Assembly (NCBI RefSeq): GCF_910592395.1
Contig: NC_088308.1
Span: 2,604,001 to 2,668,000 of the forward strand
Length of the DNA stretch: 64,000 bases
From: Lineus longissimus
Lineage: Eukaryota
Reading direction: 5' to 3'
The notes under the pieces are model-generated. The model did no database searches. It saw only the letters and a program-made list of their open reading frames with translations, and was not told where the DNA came from. The position numbers were made by a program, and so were the translations under genes. Each line of letters begins with the position of its first letter. Within the stretch, counting starts at the first letter, position 1. Below are positions 1 to 12,900 of the stretch, in pieces.

Positions 1-647
1 GGACGAATTTTGTGTACATTTCTACACGTCTACGTACAAGTATCCGTGATAAGTCTCTGATCTCGACCTCCCTGCTTTTTAAAAGTAATCACTGACTGAA
101 CTATGTAAGACTTCCAAGAGATATTTGCGCTGTTTGTGCGCCATTTCTTAACCATCAATACTACCCTTTCAATAACACGTGTTCAAAGATCGTCAACAGG
201 CAAACAATCCATCGAACAACCATTGAGGAAAGACGCAAACTCCTCTGAGTGTGATCAATTATAACCTCTCGGGTTGATATTGTTTGATGGAGAAGTAGAG
301 ACCACTCTCAAGGTGACGTACAATTTGTCTTACAAAGATACGCGTATGCCAGGACATTTGTATCTCGCTGTAACGACGGCGGCCATCTTGGCGTTGTCCT
401 TGTCTTGGCTCTCACGAACGCTGATTGGCTGCTGATGATGACCACGTTGACTAGTCGATGTACGTGCATTTCAATTTAAGCCTGCGTTTTACATTTCTTG
501 AAAATGTTTTAAAGGGGCCACCACACGTACGTCAATGCTTTGTCATGATTATAAAATATGTCAAATATTCATTGAAAATATTCATCTGATTGTGAGTGAA
601 TATAAATCAGAATGTTAATTTTTACACAACCAATGGAAAGAGTCTTT

Positions 648-691
648 ACCTTGACAGTTTCGAGAAGTGACAATTCTCTTCCTCAGAAAGT
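648..691 (-). ncRNA. Minimal type I hammerhead ribozyme (minus-strand copy)
   Basis: Reverse complement reads acttt-CTGAGGA-agagaattgtcacttctc-GAAA-ct-GTC-aaggt; same core as the plus copy, one substitution in stem II. Confidence 0.55.
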
Positions 692-735
692 TAGTTAGTT
701 CTACATCTAGCGGTCAAAACTCAGAACTAACTATA

Positions 736-779
736 ACTTTCTGAGGAAGAGAAGTGTCACTTCTCGAAACTGTCAAGGT
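736..779 (+). ncRNA. Minimal type I hammerhead ribozyme
   Basis: acttt-CTGAGGA-a-gagaagt(gtc)acttctc-GAAA-ct-GTC-aaggt: CUGANGA and GAAA boxes, 7-bp stem II, GUC cleavage triplet, stem I ACUUU/AAGGU, vestigial stem III. Confidence 0.6.
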
Positions 780-2362
780 AAAGACTCTTTCCATTGATTG
801 TGTAAAAATTAACATTCTGATTTATGTCAAATATTGTTAATAAAGATTCATGTACTCGACGAAATATTAGATCTCATAATGCATCAGACATGTCTCCGAG
901 TCTATTTGTGTGTGCCCTTTTTTATCAACGTGCATTGAAATGGCAAGCAACATCCCACAATGTCTAGACGACATGGGCACTTATGCACCTGATAGGCCTA
1001 CTTTCTGAAAAGGTTACCTCTTCGTTGTCTTGATATGCTATCATGATAGCCTCCTCTAAATTTCAAATGTTTCAAAAGAATGACCTATTATAACAGACCT
1101 TTGAGCAATTCCACCCAAATCGCCAAAATCTTACCAGTTTTGATATAGGGTCTTCCTCATACAACCCCGATGTTGCCTGCCGAAAATATCACTGGACGTT
1201 CTTGTTTATCTTTAAGATATTTCAACATTTATGGAGTTTGGTAAACCATCAAATTGTAACTGTTTCATCCTTTATTTATAAAGCGAACACGATTCCCCAG
1301 AAACCAGATGCAATGAATGACTCGAACGTGGCCTCCATTAGGAAAACGTAGATTTAGAGTGCCAATTCTCTCAAGAGGATATTTCGCATTCTCACCATCA
1401 GATGTTTCCTGGCCGTTCGTTTCATTCAAGAACAAGTTGAGATGATGATGATGGAACACTTAACGAATACTGAGATAAGAGTTAGTATTGATGGTCTATA
1501 ATCGTTTACGGGAATTTATACCCGTTCATGAGGGCAATCACCATCAACTTCGAACGAAAAACTACCTGATCTTCCGAAAGAAAATGTGAATATTGATCTA
1601 TTTCTGTACACTCCTGATATTTATTCGGCGCATTATTTGCTCTGAATGTTTGCTTTCCTCTATCATGCTGCTGTTTGGCTAAAAAGGTAAACTGTGTACC
1701 GCGGATATGATGGCCAAGCAAACAGTGCATTCATCGAGTGTACAATTTATTGGAATAGTACACCCGGTACGTGACAGCTGACGGAAAACCAGGTTTCGTC
1801 CAGGGATTTGTCAGCCGGCGACAAGTAAGCAGCGAAGATGGATTAGCCTTGGGGTCGACATACTCAGGTACAATGTAGCTGTTAACCACAGATCTAAAGA
1901 TTCATGAACCTGTGTTGACTGATATACACAATGTGTGTCCCCATTTGAACCTCCTATAAAAAGAAGATCGTATCGAACACAAATTTGTGCAAGAAAACGA
2001 TAATATTCCATTTCATTTTTTTTCATCAGCCAAAACACGACCTGAAAGTATGTTTTTTATGCTTGAAATAAAGACAGACACATTCTGGCTCTGACTCTGT
2101 GGCTAATAGAGGAAAAAAACGCAACATCGGGCTTGGCAAGTTTACAATTGTCTTGTTACTAAGTCGTCATAGAAACCAATGGTGACATCATGAACGTCAC
2201 CTAATTGTCACTATTTGACAAGGTCCAATACGCACAAATGATGAGGTAACGAGAATATTGGCGCTAATTAACGACCAGCCACAAGTTGCAATTAACAACC
2301 GGCAAGGTTGATTAGTCACACAATGCGCAGAGCATACTTTAACTGATTTGTTTTCACGGTCA

Positions 2363-2459
2363 GCCATGCTGGAGGGCAGAACAATGATTTGTCGTGCCTG
2401 CCTGACTGAACTGAATCAAAGGCTGTCTCGGGCACTTTTGTCTCTCCCTCCAGTATGGC
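2363..2459. repeat. Short palindromic MITE-like element
   Basis: Terminal inverted arms GCCATGCTGGAGGG... / ...CCCTCCAGTATGGC. Confidence 0.5.
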
Positions 2460-4118
2460 AGGCGATGAAGTCTCGTTAAACCACTCTATATATATAGTGT
2501 GCTGACAAAAAACTTATAACAAGTATGACAACATAATGATATCCTTTACTATAAAATCATTGACACATTTGTCTTATCTTTTCCACCAAAAGTGTATATA
2601 ATGAGAGATTAAATAGACCACCTTAGCTGCACATTCATACGAAATACTGATGTTCCAAATCGGGTCAAGTGCGTTATATACCTCTCTTGAAGTTGTAATA
2701 TTATTATTACAATAGTTAGATTTCAATTCATGATAATGTTTCAACCCACATGCCTATAATTATAAGTTAATTGTAGTTTAACATACTTGGGACAATTGGT
2801 ATTTTACATAACATCCGAGGTCAGTCATTCAACAACTAAAGGTCAAATCAGTATCTGCATGGTTTTCAACAAGCACATTATATGATAATTTGTGTATGTA
2901 CAAAACCGTTCAGTGGGTAACTGAGATATGAGCATGCACTGTGGATGTGTCTGACAATTTGCTAACGGCATTTTCTCATTTGTCAGGACAAAATCAAATA
3001 CTAAACGATAGTCAAATGTGAGCAGCCCACATGGTTGGTATTGCCAATGTTTGCTAATGGCCAATTTATCAATAGTCTTGCTCGTGGCACCCAAGACCAA
3101 TAATGTCTGACCAATCAGAGCTGGAACCAACAATATAGGATGCAATGCGAGAGAGCCGTAAAGTACCTTTTTTCACCAAGAATGGAAAAACTGAGGCTAA
3201 TGGCAATGCATTAGGAAAGCTGCATTACGATTTATATTAGTTATCCTAGATGACATTTGACCTAATGTAGGATGGCCGAGTTCAATGTTTCACTTCGATG
3301 TAAATGAAGGATTGCTAAAGAAACATCGCGTCTCGACTTGAACCGTCCACTGATATCACCCTGTTCCCTTGTGGTATTTTTAGTCATTGATTCTTATCTT
3401 CCCTATATGTCAGTATTTTATCAGTGACAAAGCCCAGGCCTAGTTCCCTATTGCATTCCGACCTGGTGATTATATGAATCATTCATAGTTAAGATACAAT
3501 GCAGTATTTGAACTGCACAGCAATTTAAGCACATCGTTGTTTCTCATTTTATCACCAGCCAACGACAATGGATCCAGCGTCTGACGCCAGCAAGGATGTC
3601 GACATGTAACTTTGTTTGGTTTTTTTATCTTAAAGATTGCATGTCACCTTATGCTGATTCCAGGCCCATTCATCGTCTTTGACTGAATTTAAAGATTTAA
3701 AAACTATTTCAACTTAATTGATGTCGATTTTATATTTTTGGAAGGATTGGCACTCAATAGATATTGCGAAAGTCGGAACTCGGCCACAGCACACATGTTC
3801 AGTATACTAGTATATCGACTACACATATGAAAGCACTGAAAATTCGCGCAAGAAACCATCTGAAGCATTTGTCAGAGACTAATTACCCCAAATCACAGCA
3901 ACACACAATTTGCCATCGATCTGAGGCAAGCGCCACACGTGCTCCCGGGATATAAACAATCCGCCATTTTGACGGTTTCCCTAGTTACCGATTTCAGATT
4001 ATCGGCCGCGAAATCCATTATAAATATAGAATTCACTAGCATGAGGCTACATAGCTAGTATACAGCATATATTCATATTGGTGAAACATGGTAAACAGAT
4101 AAAAGTAAAAGCTCCTAC

Positions 4119-4627
4119 CTGAATTCTTTGTCAAATCGTTTAAGTTCCACTGCTCCTTGCGATACGTTTGTACTCTCGCCCGAAACACCCTGCTTTTTAT
4201 TCCTCTGTCCCTCTTGCTGGCCGGCCATAGCCGCCTCCTCATGAATGGTAGCCAAGATATCAGGCTTGCCATCCTTATGAACCGTCAGTTGCAGCACAGA
4301 CTTATACTTATCCACCTCCTCTTTCAGTCTTATAACCTCCGAATCCCTGTCCTCTAACTTTCGCCGTAACTGCGCGAGTTCAATTTCATATTCCTCAAGT
4401 TTAGTATTCTTCTGCTTAATTTCCCGTTTTAGGTCGGGCAAGAGCACCTTTAGTTTGACCAAGTCAAACGTCTCCCCGTCCACTACAACCTGGGTAGCGC
4501 TAGCGCCGTTGCCCATTTTGGATCTTGGTGTAACAGACCCTGTAGTCCCGGGACCGGTCCCGACCCGTTTCTTCGGCGGACTACTGGCAGGTATGCGTTT
4601 GCCCGGTGTTTGATCTGGCGGAGGCAT
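4119..4627 (-). CDS. cGMP-dependent protein kinase (PKG; Drosophila DG1/Pkg21D- and vertebrate PRKG2-like), first coding exon; gene continues beyond the left edge
   Basis: Coiled-coil/leucine zipper (LRRKLEDRDSEVIRLKEEVDKYKSVLQ), pseudosubstrate KKQGVSGES, then RFDKEFR; MGNGAS at ATG 4516 resembles the PRKG2 N-terminus; donor AG|GTAGGA after 4119 (phase 2); acceptor tttcag before 4817. Confidence 0.9.
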
Positions 4628-5270
4628 TTATACTGCGGGCGAGCTACGTCACGAGTGAGAAATAATCTGATTGGCTGTGGTCTGCTGGTGGCAATTAATC
4701 GGCTACATGTATCCACGGCAACCAAAGCATATACCAGGAAATCCCACTTCTCACGAGATGAACGATTTGTTGTGATCGTATTATTTCACAAAACCGCTTG
4801 GAGTGCCACCGGATAACCTGAAATGATAGTTTGATATCTGAATCAAAATACGATATAAGATTGATGTTATCTGTTTTTAATTCATTTATAGATATCCTGT
4901 TGTTCATGTTTGTGGTGATGTATGTGAGGAAGGGCTGTATGAGATGAGGTGTAATCTGCATGAATACTTTCAGTACAACTGGAGGGAAAGTAATAGGCCT
5001 GTGGCTGTTCAAACTGCAAAGTGAACGAACTGATTATTCGCCTGTGTTTTTGTGCAGAGGTGCTCTATCAATGAACACATTCCGACAGCAGGCCTTAGCA
5101 TCGTTCCTAAAATACACTCAATCAAAGCAGCACTACACGTATACATCTTAGCCATTACATCCAATGTCCCGTCCTGATATAACACTAAAGCTCTTTGTAA
5201 CCAACATTTTCTCAACATTTGCGGTAACATTCTCGGTAAAATGTTGACCAGGTGCCATGTATATACATGT

Positions 5271-5980
5271 ACAATGAGAAGAAACTGATTAGCCAGCGTG
5301 TACTGTTGCGGGGTGATTCAACTACAATGAGAAGAAACTGATTAGCCAGCGTGTACTGTTGCGGGGTGATCAACTACAATGAGAAGAAACTGATTAGCCA
5401 GCGTGTACTGTTGCGGGGTGATTCAACTACAATGAGGAGAAACTGATTAGCCAGCGTGTACTGTTGCGGGGTGATTCAACTACAATGAGGAGAAACTGAT
5501 TAGCCAGCGTGTACTGTTGCGGGGTGATTCAACTACAATGAGAAGAAACTGATTAGCCAGCGTGTACTGTTGCGGGGTGATTCAACTACAGTGAGAAGAA
5601 ACTGATTAGCCAGAGTATGTTGTTGAGAGGTGATTCAACTACAATGAAAAGAAAGTGATTAGTTAGAGCAGGATGTTGTAGAGGGGTGTTATAAATGCAA
5701 TAGTAGAAACTGATTAGCAAGCGAATGTTCTCGAAGCGTCACCCAACTGCAATAAGAGAAGAAAATAGTCAGCCAGCGAATGCTGAATATGGGTGAGCTA
5801 TAAACTGAAATGGAAGAAACTGAGGAGCCAGCGGGTGTTCTGGCGAGCTTATGTTGAAGAGGGACACTCTAACTGCAATGAGAAGAAATTTGACTGGTCA
5901 GTGCAAGCGGCTGGTGCGATTCCAACTGGATTAATGAGAGATAATCACTGTAACCTTGTCGGACAGCTAGATATACAAGC
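5271..5980. repeat. 53-bp minisatellite array
   Basis: Unit ACAATGAGAAGAAACTGATTAGCCAGCGTGTACTGTTGCGGGGTGATTCAACT starting at 5271, 5324, 5376, 5429, 5482, 5535, 5588, 5641, followed by increasingly degenerate copies. Confidence 0.95.
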
Positions 5981-8559
5981 AATCTTGCACTCGCCCGGAT
6001 GAAACGTCCTTTCAGCACGAAAGCACGGGACTGATTCTGTATCAGTGTCAATTGCATGTTCAGCAATGAGAGATGAATGGTAACCAGAGCTTTATTATGC
6101 TTGAGGGCTCGCACATCAGTTGCATTGTCGGCGCATACTACACAATCAATGCCATCCCAGTCTGCTCATCTATTATATACTTTGATGAAAGCTGAACTGT
6201 CGGCTGTATTGCATCCGTCCAAAGTTCCCTCTGACATGTTTGCAGAGAGTATTTTAAAGTTTTAAGTGACTGACGTAACATATAGTGGGGGATAAAAAGA
6301 AAATATCATTCTGAACTTATCGCCGTCTAGTTGGAATCAGCTGAACTATCGAAGACTCGGCATCAGCATACACGAGAAGAACGTATCTATACTGCGATTC
6401 ATCCCATCATTATCACTCGGTTGTTCGTTACTCGACAAGTTCAGTGGTATTTTGTCTCCTGAGAACGACTTGTAACTTTGGATTAGATGCATTCACCTTC
6501 CAACAGCAATGCGATTGGTACAATCCTGAAGCCGCAAAGGCTTCTCACTGGCCGATGCGGTAGGAAGTCGTAAAATGCTGCTTGAGGAATGTAATGGAAT
6601 AAGTGCCTAGTCAGCTTATATTTTCAGTCGGCGAACACTTCAGTCGCCCTGGCTCTCCACGAGCCTACTTGCAATCGCCTTTCTTTGTCTCCTCCTCCTG
6701 CGAATGTTCGCAGATGGCGTACACAATCAGAGGAAGCATCGATCGATCTGTCTCTCTCACCCTCGAGGTGCAAAGTGACATTCGCACAGACGGAGTCCCA
6801 ACCATTTCATTGTATTGGCTAGATACTCATTTAAATGTCATCATCATTGTAACCGGCGTCGTAACCCTATCGACTTGTTGCCGAAGGTTTTGAGTCCACA
6901 ATTCGATTTTTTTGTCGCGAACAAAAGTTTTAACCACTCTGGATTGATATTCCCAACACGAATGTTTATGAAAGTGGAGTGTTCTTGATCAACCTCCGGC
7001 TCCAACAACTAATCAGTAATAAGACAATAAAGGAGTGACTTGCCTTGGGCAATGACAATCAACATTACAGCTCATTTCTAACTTTTTCCAGTGGATATTG
7101 CCATGTATAATCTTCATATCAGTAATAATTTCAGTGTACAAGTAATTCGATGATGGTGTACCTTACGTATACAGGCTAGGGCGTCTGACTTGGTCAAAAA
7201 GCGTGAGTTCGAATTACGGGCAAGCTACATGTAGGCGGGACTGGTTGTCCAAAAACAAGGTCTGTCATTACATGTACATCTGGGGTAAACTTAACGACAC
7301 CCGAGGGAATTATCCTCCATGCTATCATTTACTATCTTTATTGGACAACTGCCCACTCAAATGGGGTGCTTGGGACGTAATAGAGATAGAGTGGCAACCA
7401 TAGAGATGGATTATATCTGTATTGGATTAACCATTTAAAGAACGGTCAATGGGTGGACGGATTATCAAATAGTGTCATCCAATGATAGTGTGCATGTGTC
7501 GATCGTAATACAACTGGTATAGAACGCGAACCTACCAAGGAAACAACGAGGTATATTTAATCGAGAGTCGATAATACCTGAAATCGTAACCACAATCATC
7601 AAAGTTCGTACACACTATCCTCCTTTCTACATCACGAAGAATTCACCGGACTAACTCGCAACCAAAATCCAGTCAAAGACAAAGAAGGCTGAAGATGACA
7701 TATCAGGAGAACAGTCCTACAAGTATTGGTATTGGGTTTTATGATTAATGTCTCCATCCTAAAATGTCACTTGATCAAACATCTCTTTTGAAAGATGCTT
7801 CCATAAAGATACGCCCACATCCAGGCAAAAGAACACAAGGAATCTTCGATATATTTCCAACGTACAGATCACCAACACGTATAGAAAACTAGCCTCAGAG
7901 AAGATTTTAACCCAGAGCAAAATGGCAAAAAATCCTCCTAGCCTAATGGTTCATTTCATCTTGTCATGATGACATAGCCTTCTGTAGAGTCCTTTTTTCG
8001 ATCTAAGTTACACGATGTCGTTGACTTTCAATTACCGGGTCGGCTATGTCAAGTCGCGGTCTACGCTAAACGCCCTGGAGGCAATGCTAATGCTTTCAAC
8101 TTTGGGTAAGCACAACGGGGACACATGCCGAGTTATTGGTGTGCGTCAATCCTGAAGACACGTCTCGGATACCGACGTACAAGGCCGATAAATCGGTATG
8201 CGAGAACGGAGTAACATCAACTCTAGAAGATGGATTTCCTACTGACGAGGACGAGAGGTAGCATCAGCTCTCATAGAAGATATATTTCATTGACGACCTT
8301 GCTAGGTGTCATTTTTTAGACTGCTTGCAGGTATAGGGAGTTTCGGTTCATTCAGTACTCTGAAGAGAGGGTCGTGTTGCTTGTGAGCTGATCGCTCCGA
8401 TCCGATTTGCTTTGTTGACGGGATTAGCCGACATCAATGGCAATGTAGCTCATGAATGCGATAGCCTTTCTTTATTGAACATTTCGCATTCTTCTTCTCA
8501 CATTCGATGCAGTATTTTAACCGTTTGATGCAGTACTCTGTCTTGTAATCAGTGTCTGT

Positions 8560-9000
8560 ATATAGCTGCATCAAACAGCGTCTATAGAACGACAGAAGAA
8601 CGTCCTGCGCTGGCTGCTGTATTGAAAGCGTTGAAGGAAGGTATGCATGTATAGCACTTGGAATGTTTTGTCATTACTCTGTAGGCCTGCAGAAATACCT
8701 ACTTGCAGTTTGCGTAACTCAAAATAAAATTTCACAAGCTTTATCCTTTTACCATGTAGAAGTTGCTGCTGATGAGCCACGTTGGGGAGAAAATCTAGCC
8801 ACCCAGGCGAATCGCCTTAACCTGGCCCCCAGTGAAGGACACCGACACTGAGTGAGCTCCAAGATGTCTTTACCAGCACCAAGATTATCCCGCAGATGCT
8901 CGAGAATGAGTCCAAAAGCCAACATCCTATTTGCCATCGACGGAATTTGCCGAGCTGGAAAATCTATTTTGTCGTTTTCGAGTGTCCGTGTGGGTTGACC
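8560..9000 (-). mobile_element. Degenerate CR1-group LINE RT C-terminal relic
   Basis: Broken frames give ANRMLAF (cf. ANRxLGFLxR) and RRTFFCRSI (cf. SFFPRTI); many frameshifts. Confidence 0.35.
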
Positions 9001-9831
9001 ATGTTTGCACTACTGTAATTTATTGCGGATTCAGATGGGGATGTCGCCGCAAAGCCGGGGTATATGCGACCACGTCACCAATCAGTGTGTTCTACCAGTT
9101 GGAATCTGACCAATTACGCCCTGATCAGATGTGAGCCAAGGCGTTTTATGGGATTCAACCTATTCGCACCACAAAATGTGGCAACTACCAGTGGCATTCA
9201 ACTCGCTGTGACGCCGTCTCATTTCTCCGGGAGCATGGTTAGAACCAGCGAAGTAGCGTATCAAGCAGCTGCCTGCTAACTAGATATTTACGCGTTTGGC
9301 TGTATCACTATTAACAAATTAGGCTTCAACTCACTGGAGGCTTCCAATAATGATCTTATACGGAGGATATGGGCCAAAAAGGAATTTCTCAGATCGATGA
9401 GTGCGAGTCAGTAGTCGGGTGTCAACTATAGGCCTATTGACAACCAACTCTAAATCATTACATCCCTCGCTTCCTACACCATGTGAGACTATTTATCCAG
9501 TTCTGTCAAACATCGCGATCATCACCAGCTCTATTGACAGACTCACAATTCGATATTCAAATTCGAATCATTCAAGAATGGCTTCATAGATTGAACATGG
9601 AAAAAAGCGGTGACGATTCAGTGCAAACCCGTCAACTGGGACTGGTGTATAAACATGGCCGAGATCGATGTGGCTGGCTGTAGTTAATTTGTCCAAATAC
9701 ATCGCTCGGAAACGTCCCATATGGCCTGATCGAGATTTCCCGGGCGAGATTTTGCTAAATATCAGATATTGATGAGAAACGAGGCACGACTGTGCATATT
9801 GGCTGTGCTTGTTGAATGTATCCGCCTGTGC

Positions 9832-9946
9832 TGCTGATTACGCATCCTGAGATCAGGTTTTTGATACTCCTACCTCGTATACAAAATGAAATATCGAGAG
9901 CGGAGTATATTTAAAACCACTGCTTATATCAGGATGCTGATTACGC
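9832..9946. repeat. Short palindromic insertion flanked by 12-bp direct repeats
   Basis: TGCTGATTACGC at 9832-9843 and 9935-9946; inverted arms GCATCCTGA/TCAGGATGC and GGTTTTTGATACTCC/GGAGTATATTTAAAACC. Confidence 0.55.
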
Positions 9947-12900
9947 TGGTTTGATAAGGTGGTTTATTTTCATGTTCCCATAACTGAGCTTCACTTCATA
10001 TAGGCCTACCTACCTAACAACGGAAATTTGCACAGACAGGATATTGGAAATTTTATTTACATTGTGTTCAATGCAATGTTACATGCAGTAGATACAGAGT
10101 TGTGGCATTGCCTGCATAAAATGTTCAAGATGTATGGTATTCAATTACAAGGTGGTAGGATTTGGTTGTAAAACTGAAATGGATGTTCTACAAGACTCCA
10201 TGATATATAATGATGTGATGCATATCACCAAGAATAAATATGATGATTCTTTATGGATTCTTGATATCACCCATTTAAATCTAAATGAACTCTGTGATAT
10301 CTATATTGAATTCTTTGAGAATTTTATGGCATGACGTCAAGCACTAATAACGGTCTTAATCAATGAGTAAATATCCAATGCGGGACGGCATTGCATATAA
10401 AAAAAACTGAATGACGATATTTTCGTCAGTGTTCTTTAGAATAAGACGTATTATAACGGATACAAATCTGCGATAGGTCCGCCTTCGGCTCTTCTTTAGA
10501 AAACAGATTGCATTCCTATGAAGAAAGTCATTTGGGTCTTCGTGAAGGACACACACTGCTGTCATCATTAAATGTATTTGTCTCAAAGCTGAAGCATTTT
10601 GATTGGTAAACATTCAAGTTGCAAGAAAGCGAAGCTGGAGGTAGAAAGAAATGCCAACCAATAAGCGTAAGCTGACTCAAACATCCTGTGAGTCAGGGTG
10701 TATCGGAGAAGCGAAAGTAGTTATAAGAGAAACACTATTTTGGAATGTCATTATGCTCTTGGTTTGTAAAAAAAGCAAGTTAGAAGTGACTTACCTTTCA
10801 TGAATGTTTAAGAATATCACTAGACTGTCGATTAGCTGTGACCGTTCACAGATTTGAACATATTTGGAGCGATTGCTCCCGTATCTCACGTATCACCGTT
10901 AACCTCAATGACCAGGTGTCTAATAGATTTGAGATGACCCCAAAATAACCACGTGACATATCGTCTGCTATCTGACGGCGGAACACAAAAGGAAGAAGAC
11001 CTCGACCCAGTTTGACCAACGCACGATTTGCCGATTGAGGATCCTCCACAAGTGCTATTGAAAATAGAATTGGAATTCATTGATCGATTTGCTCGAGGTA
11101 GAATTGTTTGCAGTTTACCATCTCTCAACATTGTAAGCAAATATTGTTTAAAGTGGATGTCCTCCTTGCATTGATAAGTATAATAAATGCTGGTCACTTG
11201 CAGTTGGCATCAATTAATATCTTGTGGATTGGTAAAGTAGGTAAAAATTAGATCGGTTTATATGGGCCATAGTGCACTCTTAGAAAGAAAGGTTTAAGCT
11301 TTTGAAAAAACTCGGTGTATCACCAACACAAGTATGCACCATGTAGAGGTTTCTGCGAAGTGAAAACGCTTAGTGGTTTTATCAGGATCCAAAAAACCTT
11401 CAGGGGTATTACTACTGCACTTTCAAAGGTTGCGTGAGGCCGAACAAGGGTTAAAATTGCTGTTTTAGTGAATCTTGGCAAATCCGAGCTTTATGTGTCT
11501 CCGCACATAAGAACCAAGAACATGAGATGAGCTCAGTGAGGCCACGAAGCACCAATACCTACACTATGTATAAGGGCGAGTCTTAACGGCAACATGGCAC
11601 TTGGCAAAAAGGTCAGGGAGCGAGTGGCTGCCTGAAGCGAGAAGCGATTCCCGACCGAAAGGGAATGAGCTGGAGTATAGCGCAACGTCTGGTATGATTT
11701 TAAAGTTTTTCTGAGAATCTGGTGCAATCAGGAGCTAAGCAAGGCCACGAAGCACCAATAATCGTCTTGAGTATCTTGCAGTGATGGACAAGGGTCAGCG
11801 CCATCGGCAAAGCCTGTCATCGTTGATATGATATGAGGCATCCATCAGACTGACCGCGGCTTAACGTGCAGCTTAGTTACCGCCGGAAATAAGTCTCGTA
11901 TGTTTCTGCAAGGCTTTTGGTGTCAGGGAATGGACAGTGACAAAAAGGGAGGACGCTGGCTGAGATAGCTAGAAGCAATTTCCGGATATAAAGACGAGGT
12001 GGGCGCGTATATACTGAGCAGTTCAACATCTGGTAGCTTCCACTATTATCCATGTTTAATTATGACAAAGAATTTCGTATGTCTTTCTTTCTTCTTCTTG
12101 TCGGCTAAAGGTACATTTAAAGGGCATGTAGACCTGAGGTTCAGAATGACGGATGAAGTGTAGATAAAGAATGATAGAATGACTGCTGGTAGCCTTTACG
12201 ACAGAAAACCCTTTCTATAGCATCATTTTCGTCATTGCCATGATGTCACCGCTATGACAACGAAACTGGATAATGGATTGGATACTTGAAACTCATTACA
12301 TAACTATGTCTCAATAAGCACTACAAGACGTCAGCATGGGCAATTATTGATGCTACAATGACGTCTGTAATACCTAAAGGTAGGTAAAGTACATATCATT
12401 CGCCACGAGACAATGGTTTCTTGCTTTCGTTAATGTGCATTATATGGTACAGTTTATGTGGAGTTCATATATCATAGCATGTCCTTGAGCACATAAGAAG
12501 GATTTTGCTACTAAAATAGCGCTGTGACATATAATATTATATTGTTAATTGGTTTGCGTGTAGGCTACATATTCTCCCGAGACATATTATTTATAAGTCG
12601 GCCATGTTAATTTATAATTGATTAGTCCTCTGCGTGCCGGATGTCGAAATGATCCAATCGATGCTACGTTTGGTCCAATCGGCGGATCGATGAAGCCCTG
12701 GTCCATGCCTATCAATCTTCAGGAGACAAATCAAATTCCCTCCTTGCCCACAATTTCATTGTAAACAAGCAAGTTACATGTATACTGATAACGTCCCAAT
12801 TCACTGAACAAGAAGCCGTATTTCCTGCATTCTGCATCCGGGTCAGACTTTACGTTGATCGACTTTACTCGAGACCTCTACTCATATGCCAGTTGTGAAA

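Larger units (their letters stand above)
570..825. mobile_element. Foldback (inverted) Penelope-like/retrozyme-type non-autonomous insertion
   Basis: Near-perfect inverted arms ~602-700 and ~723-825; 13-bp direct repeat TATGTCAAATATT at 557-569 and 823-835; each arm carries a hammerhead core. Confidence 0.7.

Noticed and set aside
3880..3970. Minus-strand AAAATGGCGG start as another alternative PKG exon
   Set aside because: Frame stops after 24 codons before any donor; more likely a YY1/E-box regulatory patch.
5271..5980. CRISPR-like regular repeat
   Set aside because: Units are contiguous with no unique spacers, no cas genes, eukaryotic context.
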